From: a virus
Lineage: Duplodnaviria; Heunggongvirae; Uroviricota; Caudoviricetes
DNA: 64,000 bases
IMG/VR virus record: IMGVR_UViG_3300046522_000748
Reading direction: 5' to 3' (one strand)
The position numbers and the translations under genes are program-made. Shown one piece after another: positions 36,575 through 45,856 of this stretch. Numbering within the stretch: the stretch's first letter is position 1; every line of letters begins with the position of its first letter. Below the pieces are notes generated by a model. It saw nothing but the letters and a program-made list of their open reading frames with translations. It was not told the origin of the DNA and did no database searches.

Positions 36575-37105
36575 TTAAACCAAGCGCAGATGAGGGGCGG
36601 TATCAACCTGAATCGTCACTATGTCGTGAAGGGGCATCATGAGCATCAGTTCGAAGCCCATGGTCTCAAACCAGTCGCAATTCAAGCGCCTACCGTCGTC
36701 GGCAGGCAAACTCAGAAATTCGTTTTGGTCTGACCAGAATGCGCGACTGACCGGATGGGCAAAGTCGATTTCGCACACACCATTGGGATAATGGCAAACA
36801 ATCAGATCCCAGGAGGCGTCTGGCGGGGTTGGCCATTGGTAATCGGCAGCGGCGTAACGATCTTGCTGCCGCCCTCCAGAGAGGCCATGACAGCCATATA
36901 CAAAGGCCCGAATCTGCCACATCCTGATCGGCAGGCCTTTTTCTTTCAGGCCAAAGCACAGGTGCTTGAATGCCTGCCTGACAAGGTGCCTGGGCAGTCT
37001 CCAGGCGTAGCAATTCAGGCCCTGCTGATAAAAAAGCTCAAACGCCCTGTTCGGGTAGCCATTTCCGTCTTCTGAATGCGTGAGAAGCACTTGTTTAATG
37101 GACAT
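36575..37105 (-). CDS. Hypothetical plasmid-type protein
   Basis: Start MSIKQVL abuts the upstream stop. Confidence 0.7.
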   Translation of the reverse strand: MSIKQVLLTHSEDGNGYPNRAFELFYQQGLNCYAWRLPRHLVRQAFKHLCFGLKEKGLPIRMWQIRAFVYGCHGLSGGRQQDRYAAADYQWPTPPDASWDLIVCHYPNGVCEIDFAHPVSRAFWSDQNEFLSLPADDGRRLNCDWFETMGFELMLMMPLHDIVTIQVDTAPHLRLV

Positions 37106-37106
37106 A

Positions 37107-37565
37107 TCAAGCCCAGACCGGCGTGTCATCTGCCACATCGCGAGTGATGGGCGGCGTAAAGGAGTCGGCAATTTCTGTAGGGATCTCGCCACCGAAGGCA
37201 CGGCGAAAATCCCCCACGGTGAAGCCAATAACTCCGGCGCTCGGCGCCACAATGAGGTCAATGGCCGCACGCACGCAGCAGGCCACCCGATTACCCAGCT
37301 CGCCCACCGTTTGGCCTTTGCGCTCCATGAGCAGACGATTGTCCCAAAGGTAATCGTCAATGATGCTGGACACATGATAGCCATCAAGCTTGCTGTCCCA
37401 GTCGGCCAGCTTGCCGTCAGAGCTGTAGCAGCCCAGGCGATCCATGGCGCCGTCCACATGCATCACCAATTTCTCTCGACGGCGCTCCGTCATGGGCGAG
37501 TCCCAGGACTTTGCCAGCCCAACCGCCAACTGAGTGGTGCGTTCCAGTTGTGTCATCGTAGTCAT
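37107..37565 (-). CDS. Hypothetical protein
   Basis: CCVRAAIDLIVAPSAGVIGFTVGD...PVW. Confidence 0.7.
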   Translation of the reverse strand: MTTMTQLERTTQLAVGLAKSWDSPMTERRREKLVMHVDGAMDRLGCYSSDGKLADWDSKLDGYHVSSIIDDYLWDNRLLMERKGQTVGELGNRVACCVRAAIDLIVAPSAGVIGFTVGDFRRAFGGEIPTEIADSFTPPITRDVADDTPVWA

Positions 37566-37572
37566 GCGATTC

Positions 37573-38466
37573 TCACTCATCGGTTGGGAATGGTGGCGCA
37601 GGCTGCCACTGGCCGTTGTCACGAAACGGGCTTAGGACTTTGATTTCTTCGCCACAGTGTTGGCAAAATTCGCTTGGTCTGTCCCGGCTGTCTTCAAAAT
37701 GGATTCTGCTGCCGCTGCACTGAACCTCATAGCGGTGACCGTTCTCTTCCTCGCGCCAATAGCAATATTTCGGCTCGACAGTTTCCGTGACCAGGAACGG
37801 CACATACACGTAGCCATCATGGATCGCTTGATCCTTGTGCTTCTTGGTCGGCTGTTGGCTGGAGTGACCCATTACAAAGCCATCTTTCTGCCGCACAAGG
37901 TTCCAGCCGCGTGACAGGCCGGTAGGACGCGGTACGGTGGCACTCGGTGCTGGGTACTCAAATTGCGCACGCTCAGCGGCTTCCAGCAGCCGTTCAGCAC
38001 TGATCAGATCCACACTCAGTGCCTTGGGTTTCTCTGGACTGTATTTGGCGTCAAACTGCAATTGGCGCACTTGGGCGCGGAATTGGTTAATCGTGCCTTG
38101 AGTTGCCGGATCTGCTTGACCTTCGGAGATCGCCAACTCTTTGCCGATCAAGTCAATGAGTGCAGCGCCCACATCGGTGGCGTTACCCAGATGGTCGTAA
38201 TATTCACGACCTTTCCATGTTTCGGCGAATTGAAGGGCCACACTGAGTCGAGCTTTGGCTTCATGAACAGCCATGGCTGAGGCACTGCGCGAGAGCATCC
38301 CCGGCACCAGAAATTCATCTTCATGCAGTACATTGGGTTCTGCCGCTCGCGACATACGTGCCAATTCACGAGCCAGACTCTGCGGAGCCATGTCCACAAT
38401 CGTTGGCAGCAGTCGCTCCATCCACTTACGGAAATACTGGTCATCCAGTCCGAACTGATTATCCAT
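37573..38466 (-). CDS. Phage-type mosaic hypothetical protein with a C-terminal Zn finger
   Basis: 297 aa; FCQHCG. Confidence 0.7.
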   Translation of the reverse strand: MDNQFGLDDQYFRKWMERLLPTIVDMAPQSLARELARMSRAAEPNVLHEDEFLVPGMLSRSASAMAVHEAKARLSVALQFAETWKGREYYDHLGNATDVGAALIDLIGKELAISEGQADPATQGTINQFRAQVRQLQFDAKYSPEKPKALSVDLISAERLLEAAERAQFEYPAPSATVPRPTGLSRGWNLVRQKDGFVMGHSSQQPTKKHKDQAIHDGYVYVPFLVTETVEPKYCYWREEENGHRYEVQCSGSRIHFEDSRDRPSEFCQHCGEEIKVLSPFRDNGQWQPAPPFPTDE

Positions 38467-38566
38467 TTACCAAATCTCCAAACATTTGTGGTTGGGCATG
38501 CTTTACACCAATAGCCGATTATCATCGGAAATGGCCCAGCGGGTTCTTTGTCTTGCTCACCTGAAT

Positions 38567-39217
38567 TTACGCTTTCGGGTACGGATACGGCTCTGGTGGA
38601 TTCATCAGGCCGGTATTATCGTATACGCGTGGCGATTGGTGTTTGAGGGTGTAGAGCCAATAGGCGCTCTCTTCAGGTGTGGCATCTCGAACAGTGATTT
38701 CAAAAGCGTCGTTGTGTTTTTTGTTAAAGGCAATGGTGTCTTCTTTGCCCTGAAACACGGTGCCCTCGACCACTACGAAGTCACCCCCCAGGTTGGCGAC
38801 GACGATGTTTCGCTTGCGTGGCCGCTCAACCTGCTTGAAGGTGTCCGTACCGGCGTGCAGGCGAAGCATTTCGGCTTTGACATCAACTGCCGACTTGCCT
38901 TCTTTCAGCATGGCCTTGGCTTTTTCACAGAGATCAACGGCGTCCTGCATAGCTGCAATCGCTGTTTTTGTAGCTTCAAGCTGATCGGCAAACCAATTGC
39001 TGTCATCCGTCCTGCGTTTATGGGCGAGGAAAAACAATGGATCTTCCGTGCCTGCCTCTATTTCTGCGGCATCCACAACAATCGTGGCGGTGAAGATCAG
39101 CGCGCCATCTGGCTGATCCGGGAAATATTTCAGCTCAAAGTTTTCGCTTGCATTGGCGTCATCAGAAGACTGGATGAGTTCAATGGTGCGCTTAAAAGGC
39201 TGTTTGCAGTCTGACAT
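38567..39217 (-). CDS. Hypothetical protein
   Basis: 216-aa ORF. Confidence 0.7.
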   Translation of the reverse strand: MSDCKQPFKRTIELIQSSDDANASENFELKYFPDQPDGALIFTATIVVDAAEIEAGTEDPLFFLAHKRRTDDSNWFADQLEATKTAIAAMQDAVDLCEKAKAMLKEGKSAVDVKAEMLRLHAGTDTFKQVERPRKRNIVVANLGGDFVVVEGTVFQGKEDTIAFNKKHNDAFEITVRDATPEESAYWLYTLKHQSPRVYDNTGLMNPPEPYPYPKA

Positions 39218-39278
39218 GTCAAGATCCGGTATAAAGTGGTTGTCCCGCAGGCAATTTGCGCTGCCTGCGATCTAGGGG

Positions 39279-39671
39279 TTATTCCGTGATGCGGTTCAAC
39301 ACCTTGTCGGCGAGTGAATACAGCACCGGGTCGCCGCCCGCTTCACCTTCGATCACCGCCATCTCACCTTTGAGTCGAGCAAGCGCCAGAATCACCCCTT
39401 GTACCTCGTGAACGGAGAGACGCTCGCCGTTGATGTCGATCACCACATCTTCAATTCGGCGAACCGGCAATTCTTCGAGGGCAACCACCACTTGGTAGGT
39501 CATGTCCTCATTGCCTTGTGCCTTGCACACTTCCAGCGCCTTGCGCAGCAGGGCGTGCGTGATAACGCCATCGCTTGCGGCCTTGTTGAACTCGTAGGAG
39601 TGCGCGGCGAAGCCTGCGGTAGCGGCCATCGCGGACATGCGGGTTAGCAGGTTCTGCTGATGTGGTTTCAT
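39279..39671 (-). CDS. Hypothetical protein
   Basis: 130 aa, operonic. Confidence 0.7.
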   Translation of the reverse strand: MKPHQQNLLTRMSAMAATAGFAAHSYEFNKAASDGVITHALLRKALEVCKAQGNEDMTYQVVVALEELPVRRIEDVVIDINGERLSVHEVQGVILALARLKGEMAVIEGEAGGDPVLYSLADKVLNRITE

Positions 39672-39675
39672 GGTA

Positions 39676-39930
39676 TCAGCCCGCCATCACGAGGGTTTGG
39701 ATGGTCTTGCGAAAGGCGGCAACGTCGTTGAGAACGAGGTAATCGCCAGCAGGCTCGGTGAGTTCAAAGCGCACATCGTCGATAACGACGTAATGCTCAT
39801 CAAGGATGTTTACTTCAACATCATGCTTGTCGTTGCAGGTCACAACGCCGGTTGCGGTGTCGATCAAGCACTTGCTTTCCAGATCGATGCCGTTGTCCCA
39901 CGATGAGATGTATGTGCCGAGAAGAATCAT
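39676..39930 (-). CDS. Hypothetical protein
   Basis: 84 aa, first gene after a promoter. Confidence 0.7.
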   Translation of the reverse strand: MILLGTYISSWDNGIDLESKCLIDTATGVVTCNDKHDVEVNILDEHYVVIDDVRFELTEPAGDYLVLNDVAAFRKTIQTLVMAG

Positions 39931-39959
39931 GTTGAAGTCTCTGTCAAATTTGTCTGCCC

Positions 39960-40038
39960 ATTATACGCAAAGCCTAGCTGCCTGTCAATGCCATTGACCA
40001 ACAATGATCATTGACAGAACCAATACTGAAAATATAAT
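39960..40038. promoter_or_regulatory. Divergent promoters with operator
   Basis: Minus strand TTGACA-N17-TATAAT with operator 39984-39998; plus strand TTGACA-N16-TATAAT at 40011-40038. Confidence 0.85.
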
Positions 40039-40075
40039 ATCAGCCTAACTATAGACTCATAAAGGCCAAGCACTC

Positions 40076-40633
40076 ATGACCACGGCAGCATTCAGACCTC
40101 ATCTACGCCTCAAGAAATCCTGCCTCCCGGCATTCGAGCGGTCGCTGATCCAGGTTTGGATCAGGGATATTTTTTCCAGAGGCATCGACCAGCAATATCG
40201 AATCGAGGCTAATATTCTGGCACACCTGAAAGACTGTCCAGATGAGATTGAGGCTTACAAAACCACCAGCCAGCGTTGCATCAAGCGCCTTCAACAGGCC
40301 GAAAAATCACTGGTGGTCGCCGAAGAACAGGATTTCTGGCTAATGTCGTTTGATTTCAAAAATGATAACGATCTGTTTGAACAGGAGCACCCTGAATATC
40401 GCATTCGCTCGTGGCTGATCAATGAGATCGACGTGACCATTCTTCAGCGACTCAACACCAGTGTCACCATGCTCATGATGCAGCACATGGCGGGCACTGA
40501 ACACGCCATCAGATACCCTGAAATGAGCAACCAGTTGGCTGGATTTATCCAGGCACTGGAGGAGGTCTCGTTGTCTTGCCTGAAGCTCGCTCCTGGCGAA
40601 TACAGCCCAATGTTCTTTATTGAGGGCGCGTAA
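40076..40633 (+). CDS. Hypothetical protein
   Basis: 185-aa ORF. Confidence 0.7.
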   Translation: MTTAAFRPHLRLKKSCLPAFERSLIQVWIRDIFSRGIDQQYRIEANILAHLKDCPDEIEAYKTTSQRCIKRLQQAEKSLVVAEEQDFWLMSFDFKNDNDLFEQEHPEYRIRSWLINEIDVTILQRLNTSVTMLMMQHMAGTEHAIRYPEMSNQLAGFIQALEEVSLSCLKLAPGEYSPMFFIEGA

Positions 40634-41034
40634 TGGGGCAGGCCAACCTTCACCGGCTAACACCGGTTGCCAGGGTGTGCGGCACTCAATGGACAGAGCG
40701 TACCCAGCAGTCAGAATTGCCGTTCTGTGCAAGTATCAGGTCAAGCATCGATCATGCCTATTTCGATAATGCTTTGGGTGTAATGGATCATCATTTTGCA
40801 AGGCAGAAAGCCGTGCATGACCTTATCTATCATCAACTCACCTACCCATTAAATCGAGGTGGCTCTTTTTATCCTCACTACATTGCCTTTCAGGATGACA
40901 ACCAATTCATCTGGAATGAAAATGGCGCTGAAAAAGAACAATGGGCGACGTGTTTTGCAAATGCAGGCAATGGCAAGAGCCGCACAACTTTGGCCTTTGT
41001 TTTTAATCAGGTGTACGCAGGGAGGCGTGTATGA
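40633..41034 (+). CDS. Hypothetical protein
   Basis: TAATG coupling. Confidence 0.65.
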   Translation: MGQANLHRLTPVARVCGTQWTERTQQSELPFCASIRSSIDHAYFDNALGVMDHHFARQKAVHDLIYHQLTYPLNRGGSFYPHYIAFQDDNQFIWNENGAEKEQWATCFANAGNGKSRTTLAFVFNQVYAGRRV

Positions 41035-41471
41035 GTTTTTGTGATGACGGGTATGGTGGGTACGGCTCTTACGATAACGATGATGACTACCATCCGGCCT
41101 TCTGTGAGATTTGTAATGCGGACGACTTCAGCGCCATTCATAACCTGTCTGAGGAGCAATTTAACAGGTCGAAGGATGGTCAGCGTTGTCTGAAGCATAA
41201 GGACAAACTAACTTCGGCTGAAATGGTATACGCGCTGGATAAATTGCAGAGCGCTAGTTTTGGCATTGGTTTTAGTTTGATAACATTTTCCGTGGGTATC
41301 GCCATTCTTTTGGCTTGCTTGAAGTTTGATTTTGGTGAAGGTACTACAATTTTAATGTCCATCGCGAGCATCGTGTTGATTATTTTTGGTGGTGTAGGCA
41401 CTCTAAATTGCAAATGCACAAAGAGCCACATCAAGCGGATCGTTGTAACATCTGATGCCATTGCCCGATAG
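41031..41471 (+). CDS. Two-TM membrane protein (array member 1)
   Basis: GGAGG SD; acidic N-terminus; LDKL before TM1. Confidence 0.7.
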   Translation: MSFCDDGYGGYGSYDNDDDYHPAFCEICNADDFSAIHNLSEEQFNRSKDGQRCLKHKDKLTSAEMVYALDKLQSASFGIGFSLITFSVGIAILLACLKFDFGEGTTILMSIASIVLIIFGGVGTLNCKCTKSHIKRIVVTSDAIAR

Positions 41472-41494
41472 TTATTACGCAGAGAGTCAACAAT

Positions 41495-41896
41495 ATGATG
41501 AGCTATGAGTGGGAATTAAGTGGTAACGATGAGGGTTATAGATATGACTCAGGCGGTGATGATGAAGAGTTTGACTCGTATGGATCGTTAGACATTTCAA
41601 TGGATAACTATTCATCATTCAAACACGTGCCACTAAGGTTCACGGATCAAATCCAGCAACTCGACAAGTTCAAAATATCTAGTTACGGCATGGCAGTCAG
41701 TATCTTTATAACCATGTTTGGGCTGTTGCTAATCGGAAATTCCATGCATCACGGAGTTACGGATGCCGCCCATGTGATGGGCCTTATAGGTGGAGTGTTT
41801 CTACTAATAGTTGGTGCTGCCGCCAGTCTGGCCTGCTTTATAATTAAGAGCCAGGCCAAAGACGCCTTGTCAGTTTATGATCCCCAGAAAAGGTAA
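41495..41896 (+). CDS. Two-TM membrane protein (array member 2)
   Basis: Acidic N-terminus; LDKF before TM1. Confidence 0.7.
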   Translation: MMSYEWELSGNDEGYRYDSGGDDEEFDSYGSLDISMDNYSSFKHVPLRFTDQIQQLDKFKISSYGMAVSIFITMFGLLLIGNSMHHGVTDAAHVMGLIGGVFLLIVGAAASLACFIIKSQAKDALSVYDPQKR

Positions 41897-41901
41897 TTTA
41901 A

Positions 41902-42216
41902 ATGTCAGTGAGTGATCAGCAATTGCGTCGCCTACTGCCTGTGATACGTGATCGCATTGCAGATGGCAATTTGTTTCAAAATGGGATGTATTCCAGGGCG
42001 GAACTGGCTGAAATCATCAATGCGGCCATCAGTGCGACTGATCAATTGCGTCGCGCCACTTTGGTAAGGCCTAAGTCAGCGTGGAGCCCTTCAGACGGCC
42101 CAGTGCTCTGGTGGCAGCTTCCCGTTACCGAGGCGCCGTATCTTGGCACACCCAATGACCACCTGTGGGACAACGTTTATACGCACTGGACGCCATTGCC
42201 CATTCCGACAATCTAG
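41902..42216 (+). CDS. Phage-type protein with a DUF551-like C-terminus
   Basis: DGPVLWW..P..E.PY.GTP...YTHWTPLP. Confidence 0.65.
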   Translation: MSVSDQQLRRLLPVIRDRIADGNLFQNGMYSRAELAEIINAAISATDQLRRATLVRPKSAWSPSDGPVLWWQLPVTEAPYLGTPNDHLWDNVYTHWTPLPIPTI

Positions 42217-42221
42217 GATTA

Positions 42222-42503
42222 ATGATGAAAGATGCTCAATTATTGGATCAAATGATGCGCTGTAATCATGCTTTGGTAACCGGCGCTTTCGGTATCACCA
42301 GCGGTCTCCTAACTTTATGGAATCATTTCCAGCATACAGTAGATGAGCAAGCCCTATCGCAGGGTTTGCTCATTGGTATTTTTTCTTTGTCCATAGGCGC
42401 TTTTGCTTTTGGTTTGGCGCACTACACGAAATTAAAAGCGCAGAAACAACTCGAAATACCATACCACGACAAAAGATGGACAGGTGTAAGAAATGAGTAT
42501 TGA
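42222..42503 (+). CDS. Two-TM membrane protein (array member 3)
   Basis: AGGA SD; LDQM before TM1. Confidence 0.65.
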   Translation: MMKDAQLLDQMMRCNHALVTGAFGITSGLLTLWNHFQHTVDEQALSQGLLIGIFSLSIGAFAFGLAHYTKLKAQKQLEIPYHDKRWTGVRNEY

Positions 42504-42768
42504 TGAAGAGCTTGGCTTGTTGAACCGAATGAAGGAAATGGGGCGCTGGATGGTATTTAGCGCTGTCGGGGTATTTGCAAGCTGCCTATCTTTCTTGGTT
42601 GCCTACGTGCTGGCGCCGCCGCATGATTTTGGCAGCGGATCACCTCCTGTGGGCGTGGTACTTGGCTTGATGAGTATCTTATGTTCTGTCTTCGGTCTTT
42701 ATATTAATAATGTCATCAAACGAAAGTTGCGCAACCAGCTTCCGCAAGATAACCCAATCCATCTCTAA
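42493..42768 (+). CDS. Two-TM membrane protein (array member 4)
   Basis: LNRM before TM1. Confidence 0.65.
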   Translation: MSIDEELGLLNRMKEMGRWMVFSAVGVFASCLSFLVAYVLAPPHDFGSGSPPVGVVLGLMSILCSVFGLYINNVIKRKLRNQLPQDNPIHL

Positions 42769-42790
42769 TCTTAATGAGTTTAATATCTCC

Positions 42791-43144
42791 ATGATTGCTG
42801 CCTATTGTGTTGTTTCGAAGACCCCCTCTGTAGCAGACTCCAATATTTTTGAGGTCGCATATGCCGACGCTGAAACTCAACGCACGGGGGTGTTTAAGAT
42901 CAGCCTTCCGAAAGGTCGTATAGTTACAGATAGAGCTGTTGAGGTTGTTATGCAATTTCGCAACCATCATACAACACTTTTTGACACCGCATTACTTGGA
43001 AGGCTGATGGAGGCGTCGAGAATTAAGCTAGACCTACGCAGGCCCCACTGGCCCCATTCAGACTTGCTTGCAAGGCTGGAAAAATTGCTAGCTCAGAGTT
43101 TCGAAAGCCGAGTGGCACTCACCGATCATGAATGCAGCAGGTGA
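42791..43144 (+). CDS. Hypothetical protein
   Basis: ORF in the operon; start uncertain. Confidence 0.5.
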   Translation: MIAAYCVVSKTPSVADSNIFEVAYADAETQRTGVFKISLPKGRIVTDRAVEVVMQFRNHHTTLFDTALLGRLMEASRIKLDLRRPHWPHSDLLARLEKLLAQSFESRVALTDHECSR

Positions 43145-44568
43145 TGAATCGTGTCGTATCCATCGCCTGTTTGATGAGCAATTGCCTCTACCATATAGCT
43201 GACCCATTCCCGGCCATAAGCTTCGATCATCAAATGAGCCGTCATCTGTAGTACTGGCAGTGTTGAAGAATCAAACGCCCAGCGTCCCAGCATTTCAGGC
43301 GTAACTTCGGTGGTCGTCCCCCGAACAAACCCTGGACTGGCGATTTTGTGGCAAAGGTAATTGGCGGCAAAATAATGCATCACCGACTCACTGCAAAATT
43401 CCACCTCTCCTGAGGCGTTGGTTTGCATCAGTTGCGGCGAATGAAGTACCTCTTTCAAAAAGAGCTTGGCGTTTTCCTTGTCAGCTTCGTCCAGCATCGA
43501 CTCAGCCATGATCGCTTCACAACGCTTCACGGTGTTTGGTTCTCGGGTACTGACGCCAGCATCAGCATACCACCCAAAAGTTCGATACGCTTCAGCTCTG
43601 TCCAGAAGCAGGTTAAATGCCATTGCGCTCAGCGCGCCTAGACTCTGGCTGTACGAAAGCTTTAGTCGCTTTTGAACAGCATGGTTTCGCTTACCCAGCA
43701 GCTCCTCCATAAAGCGTTTGAGCAGCAGGCCCTTTGAATTACAGACTGGGATATTTTTCAAAGTGAGGTTCAGGATGATGTTGATCCAGAACGGCTGGCT
43801 CGCCAGCATTTTGAGCTTCTTGTCGTCAGCAATGAGCCCTATCAGATGGCGGTATCGATCATTGGTCGCAGGTTGGCCTTTGTCGAAATCACTGATAAAC
43901 AGCGACAAATGCTGAAGCTCAAAAGGCAGAAGGTATTTGACCTTAAATCCTTCAAAGCCCGCACCTATAGCTAGGCGCGAAGTGGCCAGCGTTTGGTGGT
44001 TGCCTGGCCAGCTTTTCACGACTTCTCTCTGCTCGCGATTCAGCGCATCGATACCATCAAGGATTAGCAGGATGTCCCCTCTTTGCACCCAAGCCACTAC
44101 CGCTGCAATGGTTTCAGACACAATGGTTGCAGGCGCGTTTTTTCTGTTTGCGAGCAACTGATGGGCTGTATGCACGACGGCGCTCATCAGATCCTTCGAC
44201 GGCTCAAAGCACTCGATAGGCAACTGACTGAGATCCAGGTAAATCGGCAGGCGGTTTTCCAGGTGTTCTGGCAAGGCAGCAGTGAGGCCGGAGGAAAGTC
44301 GATGTGCCAGCCCTTTGGCTTGCATCGTTTTTCCTGATTCTTTATCGCCCACAAGGAGGATCTGACGACTTGCGCCTAGCGCTGGGATCAGACCAATACC
44401 TTTTGTCGAGTTGTATTCGTCACCGACAACAGGGTGTACCCACGTCGTGCTCAGTTGACTCAAGCTCAATGAGGTGTTTTTCTCGCAAAACTCCCGTTGG
44501 GCAGCAAGGAACGCTCGTAGCGCATGATCATCCCAAAGGGAGTGCTGGCGAGGCGAAGAGTCAGTCAC
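43126..44568 (-). CDS. NACHT-family P-loop NTPase (stand-alone)
   Basis: Walker A ILLVGDKESGKT, LPIYLDL, Walker B ILLILDGIDA, LATSR, L.PF, EF..ES...YFAA. Confidence 0.8.
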   Translation of the reverse strand: MTDSSPRQHSLWDDHALRAFLAAQREFCEKNTSLSLSQLSTTWVHPVVGDEYNSTKGIGLIPALGASRQILLVGDKESGKTMQAKGLAHRLSSGLTAALPEHLENRLPIYLDLSQLPIECFEPSKDLMSAVVHTAHQLLANRKNAPATIVSETIAAVVAWVQRGDILLILDGIDALNREQREVVKSWPGNHQTLATSRLAIGAGFEGFKVKYLLPFELQHLSLFISDFDKGQPATNDRYRHLIGLIADDKKLKMLASQPFWINIILNLTLKNIPVCNSKGLLLKRFMEELLGKRNHAVQKRLKLSYSQSLGALSAMAFNLLLDRAEAYRTFGWYADAGVSTREPNTVKRCEAIMAESMLDEADKENAKLFLKEVLHSPQLMQTNASGEVEFCSESVMHYFAANYLCHKIASPGFVRGTTTEVTPEMLGRWAFDSSTLPVLQMTAHLMIEAYGREWVSYMVEAIAHQTGDGYDTIHHLLHS

Positions 44569-45287
44569 GGGCGAAACTCCGTCATCAGATGCAGTTTGTG
44601 GGAGTCGATGAAAATCGCGAACTTGTAGGGCATGCGAACGAACACGGGATCGCCGAGCCAGTTGATCATCTGTCCAGCGATGTACGCCCGGCGACTGTAC
44701 AGCGAGTCGAAATCCGCTTCCTTGAATTCGTAATGCTCATTATCGATGTAGCCCAGGCTCTTCAGGTGAGCAATAAACAAGGAGCTATCGAATTTGACCC
44801 CTTTGTTCTCTTGCGCAGTGACCACATCGCGCAGCGTTTCAAACACAGCAAGGGCCAGTTGACCAGTTGGTTGTGGGGTTTTGCCGTCGAACTGTTCTAC
44901 CAGTGCTTGCAGGGCCTGCATCGAGCTGTCGCACAGCTCTTGGTTGTAGGTAGTCAACCGCTGGCGCTCAAGCTCAGCCTCCACGCTATCAGGGTGTGCC
45001 TTGCGCTCTTGATTACGCAGCTCGGAGAGGCGGAAGTATTCCTCAATAACCTCTTCGGTTTTCGAGGTGTCGGTCATGTCCAGAGGAATGCCATTGAAAT
45101 ACAGCGTGGCTTTGGAATTCGACGAGAGCTTGATTCCCGGCACCGTGGCGGAGCCAAGGGCTTTGAGAGCCTGACGCATGTTCAGATTTTCGATGATCTC
45201 ACTAACAGCCAGTTCAATCTTGGCGCCGTGCTGAGGCTCATATTGCAGAGTGTGCTGATCGCTGGACTTCAGAGTTACATTGCTCAT
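44565..45287 (-). CDS. Hypothetical protein
   Basis: GGAGG SD before MSNVTL; GTGA coupling to the NACHT gene; promoter TTGACA-N17-TATAAT at 45350-45378. Confidence 0.75.
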   Translation of the reverse strand: MSNVTLKSSDQHTLQYEPQHGAKIELAVSEIIENLNMRQALKALGSATVPGIKLSSNSKATLYFNGIPLDMTDTSKTEEVIEEYFRLSELRNQERKAHPDSVEAELERQRLTTYNQELCDSSMQALQALVEQFDGKTPQPTGQLALAVFETLRDVVTAQENKGVKFDSSLFIAHLKSLGYIDNEHYEFKEADFDSLYSRRAYIAGQMINWLGDPVFVRMPYKFAIFIDSHKLHLMTEFRP

Positions 45288-45450
45288 CGAAATTCCTCCC
45301 TGCAATGGGTCGGCATTCATCTTGGCTGCCGGTCGTATTTAGTGAGGTAATTATACGATAATACACATTTATTGTCAATGTCAAAAACACAAAAGGAGCC
45401 AATCAAGGCTCCTTCGTCGTAGTGCTCAGTGGTTTCGAAAAGGCCGTGGA

Positions 45451-45687
45451 TTATTTCCAGGCCGGTACGTCCATCCAGCACGAAGGGTAAACTCTGGAAA
45501 TGCTCATGCGATCTTCAGCGCACGTTGGAATATCTTCATTCATGCTGCACAAATACCAGCCAGCGGTCACTGGTGAACCCCAGTTGCGTGGGTCTACGTG
45601 GCAAACTGTACCCTGGTCGGTCAAAATCACGCGATTTTTAGGCGCGTTGTCCATTGATTGGTAAGGTGGTTTGAAGGTGATCGCCAT
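45451..45687 (-). CDS. Small phage-type protein (DUF551-like)
   Basis: YQSMDNAPKN...PSCWMDVP. Confidence 0.6.
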   Translation of the reverse strand: MAITFKPPYQSMDNAPKNRVILTDQGTVCHVDPRNWGSPVTAGWYLCSMNEDIPTCAEDRMSISRVYPSCWMDVPAWK

Positions 45688-45719
45688 GACTGAGCCGCTC
45701 TTATCGAAACAATGGTTGA

Positions 45720-45758
45720 ATTATACCATTGCCTTCCATCAATGTCAATAACACTGAC
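45720..45758 (-). promoter_or_regulatory. Sigma70 promoter with operator
   Basis: TTGACA-N17-TATAAT; operator at 45744-45758. Confidence 0.85.
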
Positions 45759-45779
45759 AATTATGGCGTCCCCGTAAAT

Positions 45780-45820
45780 CCCTTAACACATCCTTAGCAT
45801 TGCTAAGGATGTGTTAAGGG
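45780..45820. repeat. Perfect 41-bp inverted repeat
   Basis: CCCTTAACACATCCTTAGCA-T-TGCTAAGGATGTGTTAAGGG. Confidence 0.95.
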
Positions 45821-45856
45821 GTAGGAGTGACATCGGATCTTTATCGCCGTCATAGA

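Noticed and set aside
36575-37459. 294-aa version of the ORF
   Set aside because: The N-terminal extension overlaps 37107..37565; the start at 37105 fits better.
44304-45350. 348-aa plus-strand ORF, and similar long antisense ORFs at 33421, 38486, 12522 and 59007
   Set aside because: Shadows of well-supported minus-strand genes.
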